A stretch of DNA of 64,000 bases from Leucoraja ocellata (lineage: Eukaryota). The number at the start of each line of letters is the position of its first letter. Within the stretch, counting starts at the first letter, position 1. Shown piece after piece: positions 40,147-51,893 of the stretch. The notes under the pieces are model-generated. The model did not search any database. It was not told the origin of the DNA and saw nothing but the letters and a program-made list of their open reading frames with translations. Where the stretch lies: the NCBI GenBank assembly GCA_036785375.1, contig JAWMAR010000276.1, forward strand, positions 1,364,001 to 1,428,000, given 5' to 3'. The translations under genes and the position numbers were made by a program.

Positions 40147-41065
40147 TTTTACTTCGGAGTCACATGAGTGACTACGTGAAGAAGGCCGTCCTGGCGCACG
40201 CGCGTCATCTCGTCAGACGCATTGCGCTGCGACCGCGGTAAGAGGACGGACCTCCAAGCGGTGAGTGCAAGAAAACCTGAACGTTAGTATTTTACTTTCA
40301 TTTCAGGCTGCTTTCCTCCGTGGAGACCGCGTGCAGAGACACAGGCAAGTCTTATGTATGGAGAAGGGTGGGAGGAAGAATGGTAAGTGCACCGCAGTAA
40401 GCACTCAATAAGACAAAGTGTCTGAGAGTAGCGGGCGCCCGACTAAAAAGTCGATTGTAAAGAAATAACTTTTACACGGGGGAAAAAGTCCCGTTGTAAC
40501 TCCCACAGGAAACTGGTGAAGGAACAAGTCGTTTGTACCCGCATACACAATATTGGCGTACGATCCCAGGATGTGGAGGACATGGTTATTCCCACAAGGG
40601 GCAAGGTACAAAGAGTGACACCAGCAAATCCTGAGGTAGGTGGTTCTGGTTCTGAGACAAACATATCAAATGTGTCCTATTCACAAATTGGGGGAAAATT
40701 ACAATTCTTCCTAATAGAAGGGCAACAAATAACATCTGATGCCTATATACTGTGCAGTATAATGGGGTTTAGAATTGAATTCTACCAAAAAATGAAAATT
40801 CCCCTACTCAACATATTCCAAAACGAATTCATGTTCTCTAAAGAAGAGATTAGAATTATTCAAGTAGAACTTGACATATTGAGTAAAAAAGGGGTAATTG
40901 AGAAAACAACTTATCAAAACCACCAGTGCATATCTAGTATTTTCTCTATACCTAAAAAAGGATGGTGGCAGTAGAATCATTTCGACCTTACAAGTCTCAA
41001 CCCTTTTGTACAGTATAAACATTTCAAAATGGAGACATTTACTTATGCTTTGCAGTTAAATTCAA
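40147..41065 (+). mobile_element. DIRS1-like (tyrosine-recombinase) retrotransposon fragment
   Basis: GGKLQFF...ITSDAYIL...GFRIEF...KGVIE...SIFSIPKK and DLTSLNPFVQYKHFKMETF resemble the DIRS RT N-terminus. Confidence 0.75.
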
Positions 41066-42884
41066 CAAGCGATCTCTCTGTCTCCATCACAGGGGACAGA
41101 CTACGGACTAACGTCCACTACAAACAATTAGGTTAATTAGCCTTTGCAAATCACCCTTCGTGTAGAGAGTTGACGAGGAAGTGGAATAACATTGATCTGG
41201 CTTGAATAGGCGGTTAGTGGGATAAAGAGCCTGTTTCAATCAAATAGTTGTACCATAAACTTTCTGCACTTGCAGAGTTAATGAAAACAAGTATCCAATG
41301 TTCTTGTTTGATAATTTATTTAATTCTTCTATTTGGCTGAAGACGGTGCCTGACCCGGGACGTCGGCTTCACATGTTCTCCAGAAATAGTGTCTGACCCG
41401 CTGGGTTACTGAAGCACTTTATGCCTCTTTTTGTAAAGTAGTTCCTTGTGGCAACAATTTATCTACATGTGTTGTTATAGTTGGGGATCCTTACATATGG
41501 GCATTGAAGCCCGTCTGTTCCTCAATACTTACCATTTACTGTGTATGGCCTTATCAGTCCTCCTAAAACATAAGACATATCCCCTAACATGGTGAATGCG
41601 GATGTGAAACGTCCACATCCTCACGTCGGGCACACTGGTCTCGACGGGGCCCTAACTGAAACTGCCCGGACACAATGAACTCTACCGTAATGTGACCGGG
41701 TTAACAACTAAGTACACCGTTTTCAGGGCATGGTGCGGCGTGTGACCCAAGTACCCGGTAAAATGCTACCTCAGCCGTTGCAGAAATTATCCATGAGTTC
41801 TATTTTCTTAAATGTGAAAGAGGGTGGATCCGCAGAACTGCTTCCGTGTTGCCATTGCGCACACAAAATTAGCTATTTATTTATTTTGCACAGCGTTCTG
41901 CTGTAAACGAAAAAGTGTTTAACTTTGTGGAGGTGGCCGAGTTATTTATTTTTCAGGGGGTTTTAGTGTCCGAAAAAAACAAGGGGAGAGGCTCAATTCG
42001 ATTAAAATAACGTGTGTATTTAGATCATCGTGGATAAAAGCTGATGGCTCACTGTGTTGGAAGGAACTGCAGATGCTAATTTAAATCGAAGATAAGACAC
42101 AAAATGCTGCAGTAACTCAGCGGGACAGGCAGCATCTCTGGAGAGAAGGAATGAGTGACATGACGGTCTGAAGGGTCTCGACCCGAAACGTCTCCCGTTC
42201 CTTCTATCCAGAAATGCTACCTGTCCCACTGAGTTACTCCGGCATTTTGTGCCTCACTGTTGGTCCCGCCTTCACATTCACCGCCTCGACGTTTCAAGTT
42301 CAAGGGCGGGGAGGGTTGGCGAGAAATAGGAGCGGGGCACAAAGGGGGGGGGGGAAGAGTTGTACGGGGCGGGCACAAGGGTTGACGAGGAAGAGGTGAC
42401 GGTGCGGGAAGGGAAGGGCGCAACAGATTTTATCGCGCATCAGCCTGGTGTTCAGTAACGTGTGTTGTTTACCAGAGTATATGTTTCTCAGCAGAGTGAT
42501 GCAAGAGGTGGAGACCAAAGACGGACGGGACCAATAGGATACGTCCATAGGCTCCACCTCTAGCTTATAATGTCTCTGTGTGCTTGTGTTTGAAAACAAA
42601 TTCATTGAAACGCAAAGAACTACACACTGTGGCTGACAAACCAGACTCAAAGTGCCGGAGAAACTCGGCGAGTCGGGCGATAACTCTGGAGAACGTGGAT
42701 GAGTGACTTTTCAGTCAGGACTCTTCTTCAGGCGGATTGAAATGGGGGTAAAAGAAAGCAGGGAGCGAGGAGACGCTGGACGCAGTGTGTCAGGTGATGG
42801 GGAGTCTCTGGCGATGGTTTTTTTTTTAAAGTGTGGTAGAAAAGGAGGGCTATGGGGTAGGAGGGAGGCGGTGGTTTATAGGGG

Positions 42885-43585
42885 TTACCTAAAATTGGAG
42901 ATTTAAATGCGCATACAACTGGGTTGCAAGTTATCCAAGCAGAATATGAGGTGTTGGCCCTTCAGTTTGTATGTGGCCTCGCTCTGGCAATGGTGGAGGC
43001 CTAGGAAAGAAAGGTCAGTGTGGGAATGGGAAGAGGTGAGGGGGAGGGAGGGGTTAAAATCAAAGATCTTAGAGCGAGGGTTAAAATGGTGAGACACCAT
43101 TGAATGGTGAGACACCGGGAGATCCAGTAGGCCTTTGCTGTCCAAGCGCAAGTGTTCGGCAAAATGGTCATCGATTCTGGGCTTGTTCTTGGCAATATGC
43201 AGGAGGCCACGTTAGGAACACCAGATGCAGATGACGAGATTAGAGAAGGTGCACGTGAACCACTGTCTTACTTGGAAGCACTGCTGGGTGCCTGGATGGA
43301 GACGAGGTTGGATCGCCTGTGAATGTAGATGCAAATACCTGGGAATGGAGTGGATTGGGAGCGAAGGGATGAGTGAAGCAAGGAGATGCGAAGGAAGCGG
43401 ATCTGTGGAAGGCAAAAAGAAGTGGAGATGGGAAGATGTGAGTGGTGGGATCATGTTGAAGGTGATGGAAATGTCGGAGAAAGACGTGTTGGATGCAGAG
43501 ACTGGTGGGGTGGTTGTGAAGATCAGGGGAACTATCCTCGTGTTGGATATGCAAGAGTTTTAGGGAAGAGGGGTGAAACATAGTC
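42885..43585 (-). mobile_element. Penelope-like element, GIY-YIG endonuclease region
   Basis: FQVRQWFTCTFSNLVICIWCS, HFAEHLR, SHSHTDLSFLGL...QHLIFCLDNLQP. Confidence 0.8.
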
Positions 43586-43670
43586 TCTGATACCTCTCTG
43601 CCCTAAATTCTATCTCTCCCCATTTCTTGATCTGTCTTCATAACAGGGGACAGACTATCGACTGACATAT

Positions 43671-44547
43671 AGGGAGGTTTCACGGCAGTCGGGTCACGAC
43701 CCATGACCCGTACTGTTGCTACGCTACTCCAAATGGATTACACGCGATGTACTGCAGGTAGGCACTTACCATTGTTTCCAGCGTAGCGGGCCCGTTAAAA
43801 CCCGCTGAAATTGTCAATTTTAGCGCTGTAAATAATTATGTTAATCGGGACAAGCGTGAGAGACATTTAGCCTACTTCAGAATTCCAAAAGTGAGGCGAA
43901 ATGACGGTAGATAGAAACAAGAGCTGAAGGGACAACAACAGCCTGAGTGCTTGGCGAACATTGGCCGTTTGCTCACTGCATTTCATCAACGGTAAGGCAT
44001 TATTTGTGTTTTTTCTTGATCCCTTTGGCATCTAAAAAGTTTCAGAAGTGATAAATCTGGCTGTAATTTTTTTTAATCGCCCATGGTTCTCGTGGGTTTT
44101 TACATACAAAATGAAAACGCATCTGAAGAAAAATTTACAGCCAGATTTATCACTTCTGAGAATTTTTAGATACCAAAGGAATCAAGGAAAAATACAAATG
44201 ATGCCTTACTTGATGAAATGCAGTGAGCAAACGCGATAATTCCCAATATTTTCAATGTTTACCAAGCACTTTAGCTGCTGTTGTCCCTTCAGTTCTCGCT
44301 TCTCTTTACCTTCATTTCACTTCACGTTTGGAATTCTGAAGTTGGGTGCATGTCTCTCACACTTACCCCGACTCCCACAATTTTTTTCAGCGCAAAAATT
44401 CAACATTTTGGCGGTTTTTAACAGGTAGGAAAGTACTCGTTTCTAGCATTAATAACATATACCGGAAGTGACGGATGTCTTCCAGTTGGATTTAGCGGAT
44501 CTGTGCGTCGTGCCCTATGACCCTTGCACCTTTCGTGCAACCTCCCT
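43671..44547. mobile_element. Non-autonomous ISL2EU-like (PIF/Harbinger-related) DNA transposon with THAP remnants on both arms
   Basis: TIR AGGGAGGTT(T/G)CACG, AT duplication, long internal inverted repeat, FRIP...VCSLHF on both strands. Confidence 0.75.
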
Positions 44548-44689
44548 ATTACAATAAGGTTAATGGGGCTCTGTATATTACCCTTCTTGTGTAGGGAGTG
44601 GATGAGGAAATGTGATGAGTTAGAACTGGTGTGAATGGGCATGGAGTTGCGACAAAGTACTTGGTGCCGTTTTTTGTTTTCAACGAATC

Positions 44690-45605
44690 AATCAAATAAT
44701 TTGGATGATGGATTTGATGGCAGTGGCCATGTTTATGGATGATACAAAGATATGTGGAGGAGTAGGCAGTATTGAAGCAAGGCGTTTGCAGAATGACTTA
44801 AGACAGGTTGGAAGAGCGGGCAAAGAAGTGGCAGATGGAATACAGTGTAGCAAAGTGTGCGGACACGCACTTTGGTAGTAGGAATGAAGGTGTAGATTAT
44901 TTTCTAAATGGGAATTCAGAAATTGGACGTTTAAATGGACTTGGAAGTGCTGGTGCACGATTCCTAAAGGGTTAATTTGCACGTTAAATTGTTAGTAAAG
45001 AAGGCAAATGCAATGTTAGCATTTATTTGGAGAGAACTGGAATATAAAAACAAGGATGGTAATGCTGAGGGTTTATAAGGCACTGTTCATACCGCATTTG
45101 GAATATTGTGAGCGGTTTTGGGTCTCGTATTGGCAGAGGGATGTGCTGGCATTAGAGAGGGTCCAGAGGAAGTTTACGAGAATGATCTTGGGGATGAATG
45201 GGTTAATATGTGATCAGCGATTGACGACACTGGGCCTGTATTTGCTTGAGTTTACAAGGATGAGGGAGGGGCCTAATTGAAACTTACTGAATAGCGAAAA
45301 GCAAAGATATGCCTGCATAGAATGGATGTGGACAGGATATTTCCACTAATGGGGGAGTCTGGCACCAGACCTTAGAATAAAAATAAATATATTTAGTCAG
45401 AGGGTGGTGAATCTGGAATTCATTGTTGCAGACGACTATGGAGGCTGTCATTGGGTATTTTAAAGCAGAAATTGGCATAAGGGTGTCAAAGGTTACAGGG
45501 AGAAGGTTGGCGAATGGAATTGAAAGTGATAGATTAGCCAGCATTGAGTGGTGAAGTAGACTCGATGAGCTAAATGGTCTAATTCTGCTCCTATAATTTA
45601 TAAAC
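44690..45605 (+). mobile_element. CR1 LINE RT and 3' end
   Basis: FMDDTKICG, YKALFIPHLEYC...LERVQRKFTRMILG. Confidence 0.85.
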
Positions 45606-48408
45606 TTACGAACTTCTAAATGGTTGTACGGCAACCTTTCTACCCTTGCAAAGCGAATGAAAACTAGTATCCAACGTGCTTGCTGGACAATTTTTCCAGT
45701 TATTCGACTTGAAGAAGGGTCCTGACCAGAGTGTGGTATTTCCATTTTCTCCAGAGATGCTGTCTGAGCCGCGGAATTACTCCAGCACTTTGTGTCACAA
45801 CGTTTGCAGCCCCTTGTGTCTATAATGTATCTACTTGTGTTGTTACAGTTGGGGATCATTTCATATGCGCACTGAAGTCCGTCCGTCCCTCTGTACTTGC
45901 GGAGTTCTACATTTTACCGTGTATGACCTTCCCCGTCTCTCAAAATACATCCCCTAACATGGTGAATACAGATGAGAAATGGCCAAGTCCACGCTTATGG
46001 CTACACACTTGGCTCGATTGTGCTCCACGGAAACTGCCCGAACAGTGAACTGTCTCAACGAAACCGAGTTAAGAACTTAATGCACCATTGTCGGGGCAAG
46101 GTGCAGCGTGTGATCCGAGTGCCCGGAAAAAGGCTGCCTCGACCGTTGCAGAAATTGTCTATGAGACGCATTTTATGAAATGTGGCGAATCAGGACTTTT
46201 GAAACTCGTCAGAGAAAAACAAGTGGGCGTGTGGCATATTTGCCGTTGTGAGTGGTGATATTGCTGTTTGTTTCCTGGTTTCCTTTATTAACTTTGCACC
46301 GCGTCCCGCTGCGAAAACGCTGTAGAGATGACCGCGATTTTTCAATATGAGGGTTTTAGTGTCCTGACAACCCAAAAGGAGAGAGGACAAATGCAACCCG
46401 AATAATTAGTGAGTGTGTTTCGGTTGACGTGGCATGAAACTGATAGTTCGCTGCAAAGATCTATAAAATCTTTGGTTCGCTATTGGTTTCATATTCACGG
46501 CTCGAACATTCAAGGTTCAAGGGCGAGGAGGGTGAGCGGTGACGGATCAAAGGGGGGAGCGGGGCGAGGGGCAAGGGTTTGGGGAGGAAGAGTTGCGCGG
46601 GACGGGCGGCAATGGGCAGGGAGGGAAAGGGGACGGGACAGGGCAAGGGGAGGGGGAAGCGGGGACGGGGCATGCGGAGGGGGTGGTACAAGGGGAGAAG
46701 GACAGAGGGGAGGATGAGGAGCGAGTGAGGAAAGAGGGACGCGATGAAACTATATAGTAATATGCAACAGATTCCACAGACTGGTGTTTAGCGAGGCCGT
46801 GTTGTTTACCAGAACACTTTACAAACTGCGCGACCCGATGAGTTGCTCCGGAAGTTTGTGTATTTTGCTATGTAAAAACAGCATCTGCATTTCCTTGTGT
46901 CAATAACCGTGCTGCTGCCGTTGTTGGGTGATTGTGAAATGTGACCTCTAGGTCCCTTTGTTTCTCAGTATTCGTCCTCACAAAACGTATCAACTAATAT
47001 GGCGAATACAAATAAACATGTTTAATCCTCTCTTGCGACCTCGGGCTCCACACACGGTTGAGTCCTGCTCTTCCCCGCCACTTTCTATAGGCGGGGCAGC
47101 AAAATGTCTGACTGTAAACAAGTTGTTTTCTGTCCGGACACAATAAACTCTACCGCAATGAGAGCGAGTTAACGACTTAGTACAGTGTTCGGGGATTATA
47201 CAGCGTGTGTGACCCAATGATCCGCACTATGATCCGCCGACCACTGCAGACATTTGTATACGTCGCATTTTATAAAAAAGTTTGAGTGTTAGGCCGTTTG
47301 AAACTTGTCAGACAAGAAAAGCAAGAAAAGACAAGGAACTGCAGATGCCAGAGAAAGATACACATAGTTTGGAGTAACTCAGCGGGTCGTGCAGCATTTC
47401 TGGAGAACATGGATAAACGAATCTTAAGAAGGGTCCCGAAACAAAACGTCGACCATCTATGTTCTCCAGAGAAGCTGCCTGACCCCAGCCTTTTGTTCAT
47501 TTATAACACTAATAAACAGATGGAGTCGTTGAGGGTCTTTCGGCTTCGTTTCCGCACAGCCCCCTGCCGCGAATGACGGATGTGGTCGAACCGAAGACGG
47601 TACCTGGCTCCGGACAACCCAAAGGGAGAGGATAAATGCGATCCAAATACTTTGTGAGTTTGTGTTTGGATCATCTTGCTTTAACGCCGATAGTTCGCTG
47701 TTGGGTTCACCTTCGCATTCGCGCCCCGAACATTTCAAGTTCAAGGGCGAGGAGGGTAGGCGAGGGAGGGCGGAGGGGGGTAAAGCAAGAGAGGGACGTG
47801 GACGTGAGTGGGGGGGTGGGGGAAGGGAAGGAAAGGAGATGAGCGGTGGGGGAGGGAGAGGGAAACCGGGCCGGGGGGGGGGGGGTGGGGGTGAAATAAG
47901 GACTCAGGGAAGTGAAGAAGAGTCGCAATGAAATGAAACAATCTGGTCGACACAGCGATAGAGTTGCTGCCTCACAGCGCCAGAGACCCTAAAAATAAAA
48001 TAGAAGGCAAAGGATCCCACCGCGGACCAGCCTGGTGTACAGTGAGGTGTCACACAAAATGCTGGGGTTACTCAGCGGCACAGGTAGCATCTCTGGGGAG
48101 AAGGAATGGGTGACATTTGTGGTCGAGACACTTCTTCAGATTGAGAGTCAGGGGAGAGAGAGACTAGAGATATGTAGAGTAAAGTGTGAAATGCTAAATG
48201 CATTTCGTTGTCTCTGTACTGTACACTGACAATTACAATTTAATCTGAATCTGAAAGCAACTTCCTTGAGGCGTGTTGTTTACCAGAACCCATTTATATT
48301 TCTCGGAAATGTTACTCAATTGGTTAGAGGTGGAGCTAATGGGCTGGACCAATAAGATACCAACCACCTCCTTCCCCCTCCGCCCCCCCCCCCCCCCCCC
48401 CTCTGAGC

Positions 48409-49898
48409 CAAAGATCTTATAGCGGAGCAACATGGGTTACTCTCACGCAAACGTGTAGTACGCTCATGGGTGGATTCATGGGTGATTATGATTCATTTTA
48501 GCAACCAGCCCCCGCCATCTTGTTCTGCCCAAAGATTGGATCCGCAGCGGGGAGAGGGAGTGTGGGGTCCGGGGCAGCGGGGAGAGGGGCATAGGAGGGG
48601 GGGAGACATTGTAGTGTGGGGGCAGGCGAGGGAGTGCCGGGGGGGGGGGGGGGGGTAAGGCCTAGTGTGTGTGAAGTTGCAGGGAGGTTTACAATGTTTC
48701 TTATTTACAATATTTCTTATTTAATGTCCCTTGTCTAGTCTGAAATAAAGTTCATCATTGAATCAGAAGAAATATAATTATGTGTGTTATATGATATATA
48801 TTTATATGATTTTCATGTATGTATGTTTATAAACATTTTATTCTTTAACAAGAATTAACAGAATTATGAACTAACAGATTATGAATCTAACCCTTTCTCA
48901 CACACAAAAAGTCCCCCCCCTGTCAATTACCCTGCGAGTCGGGTCGGTTCCGGTTACTACAAAATCAACTCAAACACTGCTTGTGAGCCATTTAAAAAAT
49001 AAATGATTTAAAAAAAATTCAAAAAGACAATTACCAGAGTAAAATTTTATTCTTGACAAGAAGTTTGAACTGGCAGATTTATGAATCTAACCGACACAAA
49101 CTGTTGCCCCGCAACATTGATTACACTGCGAGTCGGGTCGGGTCAGGTAGGCTCAGGTTACTAAAATGGGCGGCGAAAAATGCCCAGGATCATCCTCCAT
49201 AGCGCACTACACGTCAGCCCATTGCATTTAGCAGGAGTAGCCTATCTTGCTCCGCTATAAGATCTTTGGCCGGGAGAGGGAGTGCGCGGCCCGGGGATAG
49301 GGAGTGTGGGGCCCGGGGATAAAGCCTAGTGTGTGTGAAGTTGCGGGGAGGTTTACAATGTTTCTTATTTAATGTCCCTTGTCTAGTCTGAAATAAAGTT
49401 CATCATTGGATCAGAAGAAATATAATTGTGTGTGTTATATGATTGTATACATTTATATCACATTCATGTAGGTGTGTTTATAAACATTTTATTATTTAAC
49501 AAGAATTAACAGAATTATGAATCTAACCCTATATCACGCACAAAAACTTCCCCTGCAATGCCAATTACCCTGCGAGTCGGGTCGGTTCAGGTTACAAGAA
49601 AATCAACTCAAACACTGCTTGTGAGCCATTTAAAAAGAAATGATTTAAAATATATTAAAAAAGACAATTACCAGTCAAATTTTATTCTTGACAAGAAGTA
49701 TGAACTGACAGAATGATGAATCTAACCCTATATCACACACACAAACTGTTAATTGATTACACTGCGAGTCGGGTCAGGTAGGCTCCGGTTACTAAAATGG
49801 GTGGGGAAAAATGCCCAGGATCCCCTCCGTAGCGTACTACATGTCAGCCCATTGTATTTAGCAGGAGTAGCCTATCTTACTCCGCTATAAGATCTTTG
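48409..49898. mobile_element. Non-autonomous DNA transposon (P-superfamily-like), internally duplicated
   Basis: TIR CAAAGATCTTATAGCGGAG, perfect 8-bp TSD CTCTGAGC (48401-48408, 49899-49906), extra right end finishing at 49268. Confidence 0.85.
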
Positions 49899-50289
49899 CT
49901 CTGAGCGGCAGTGAGCAAGTGACGGCTCTGTGTGCTTGTGTTTCAAGATCAAGTCGTTGAGACACAAGGAACTGCAGATACTGATTTACAAAAAAAGAGA
50001 AAGAGTGATCTTGCATTAATGATCTTGACACAAAGATAGATACTTGATTAGTACGGGTGTCAAGGGTTATGGGGAGAAGGCAGGAGATTGAGGTTCAGAG
50101 GGAGAGATAGATCAGCCATGGTGGAGTAGACTTAATAGGCAGATTGGCCTAATCACATGACCTTATGATGGAGTAATTTAGCAGATTGAGCGCATCTCTG
50201 GAGAACATGGGTTAATCTGAAGAAGGATCCCAACCTGAAATGTCACCAATGCTGCCTGACCCACTGAGTTACTCTAATACACCAGAATT

Positions 50290-51530
50290 ATAGTCATATG
50301 GTGTGCAAATGGGCCCAACCTGCCCATGTCCCAACATGTCCCATCTAGATTAGTCTAACTTGCCTGCGTTTGTTTGGCCCATATCCATCTAAACCTGTCC
50401 TATCCACATACCAGTCTAATTGCTCCTTAAACATTGCTATAATCCCTGCCTCTGCCATCTCCTCCAGCTGTTTGTTGCATACACCCAGCACCCCTTGCCT
50501 GAAAATGTTATCCCTCAGATTCCTATAAAATCTTTTCCCCTTCACCTTATAACTATGCCCTTTGATTTGCGATTTCCCCCACCCTGGGCTAGAAACTCTG
50601 TGTGTCCACCTGATGTATTCCTCTCATGATTTTATACACCTCTATAAGATCACACCTCGTCATCCTGCTCTCCAGGTAATTGAGTCCCTGACTGCTCAAT
50701 CTCTCCCAACAGCTCAGATTCTCGAGTCCTGGCCACATTCTTGTAAATCTTCTCTGCACCCTTCCCAACTAAACATATTTTCTATAACACGGTGCCCAGG
50801 ACTGAATGCAATCCTCTAAATGTGGTCTCACTGACATCTTGTATAATTGCAATATGATCTCCCAGGTTCTATACTCAATACTCTGACTGATGAAGGCCAA
50901 TTTTCCAAAAGCCTTTTTGACCACATTGATGCTACTTTCAAGGAATGATGTACCTGCACATAGATCCCTCTGCTCTACAGCAATTCACAGAGCCTGACCA
51001 TTCACCATGTAGGTCTTACCTGTATTAAACTTTCCAAAATACAACGACTGAATTTTTTTCTGTATTAAATTCCATCAACCATTTCAGCTCAACATCCTGC
51101 TGCAATTATTGACAACCATCTTCACTATCTGCAATACCACCCACTTTTGTATCATCTGCAAATTTGTTAATCTTGCCATGTACACAGTGGTAGACTGGCC
51201 AGGGTGTCAGCTTGCCCGATGGCAAGTGAGCCCCTGATGAAGTGGGCCCCCTATATCAAGTGGGCCCCCTTTGTCTCCTGACAACCAATATTTTTAGACC
51301 CAGTCCGCCACTGCATGTATATACTCATGCAAATCATTGAAATAGGTACCAAATAGTAATGGGTCCAGCACCGAACCCTGAGGCACACTATTAGTCACAG
51401 ACCTCCAGTCCAAGAAGCAGCCTTCCACCATCACCCTCTGCTCCTTCCAAGAAGCTAATTTTCTATCCATTCAATTATCTCTCCATGGATCCAATGTGAT
51501 TTAACCTTCCAGAGCAGCCTAACACGTGGT
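50290..51530 (-). mobile_element. CR1 LINE fragment
   Basis: degenerate RT (KFADDTKVGG on minus strand at ~51140-51170) and CR1 3' UTR. Confidence 0.8.
51185..51313. mobile_element. hAT-type MITE nested in CR1
   Basis: cagtggtagactgg...ccagtccgccactg TIRs; 8-bp TSD catgta(c/t)a. Confidence 0.8.
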
Positions 51531-51838
51531 ATTGGCTCATGGAAGTCATTGAGTATTGACATGCACTGAAGCACATGAGATCATCGGTCTTAGGATCACA
51601 ATCCACAGGCCAAGGGTCCAGTGTTAGCCCAGCCGTGTCAACAGCAGTGCCCTCTGACAATAAAGGTCAACCCTGTGACCCTGGAGGATGTGGACCATTT
51701 ATTATTTATTTGGAGCAGTCTTCTGATGAAATTTTGCATCAACTTGGTTTGTTATCCATAGCTCCCGAGACACTGTTCCTGAAGATTTGGAGAAGATGCT
51801 TAAAAAAATAACTTGTTCTAATTTTAATCTTCAAGGCA

Positions 51839-51893
51839 ATGGATTGTACGTTGAGAAAGATGCTGTTGTCATTGCTGCTGTTCCCTAGCTTGG
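51839..51893 (+). CDS. IgV-NLR signal peptide exon MDCTLRKMLLSLLLFPSL
   Basis: gcaATGg; G|gtgagt phase 1; acceptor-like cttcaag at 51835 suggests an upstream UTR exon. Confidence 0.8.

Larger units (their letters stand above)
41340..49960. repeat. Three diverged copies of a ~1.0-1.4 kb CpG-rich module (A ~41340-42640, B ~45710-46820, C ~46825-48400 continuing at 49899-49960)
   Basis: collinear blocks: atcccctaacatggtgaat (A,B), ccggacacaa..aactctaccg (A,C), ttcaagggcg.ggagggt, purine tract, gtgttgtttaccaga (42462, 46799, 48273), gaccaata (A,C). Confidence 0.8.

Noticed and set aside
41525-41533. ATACTTACC resembling the U1 snRNA 5' end
   Set aside because: No further U1 similarity and absent from the other module copies.
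42430-42540. MHC-type S-X-Y promoter in the repeated module
   Set aside because: Order and spacing of the X-like motif and CCAAT do not fit the S-X-Y arrangement.
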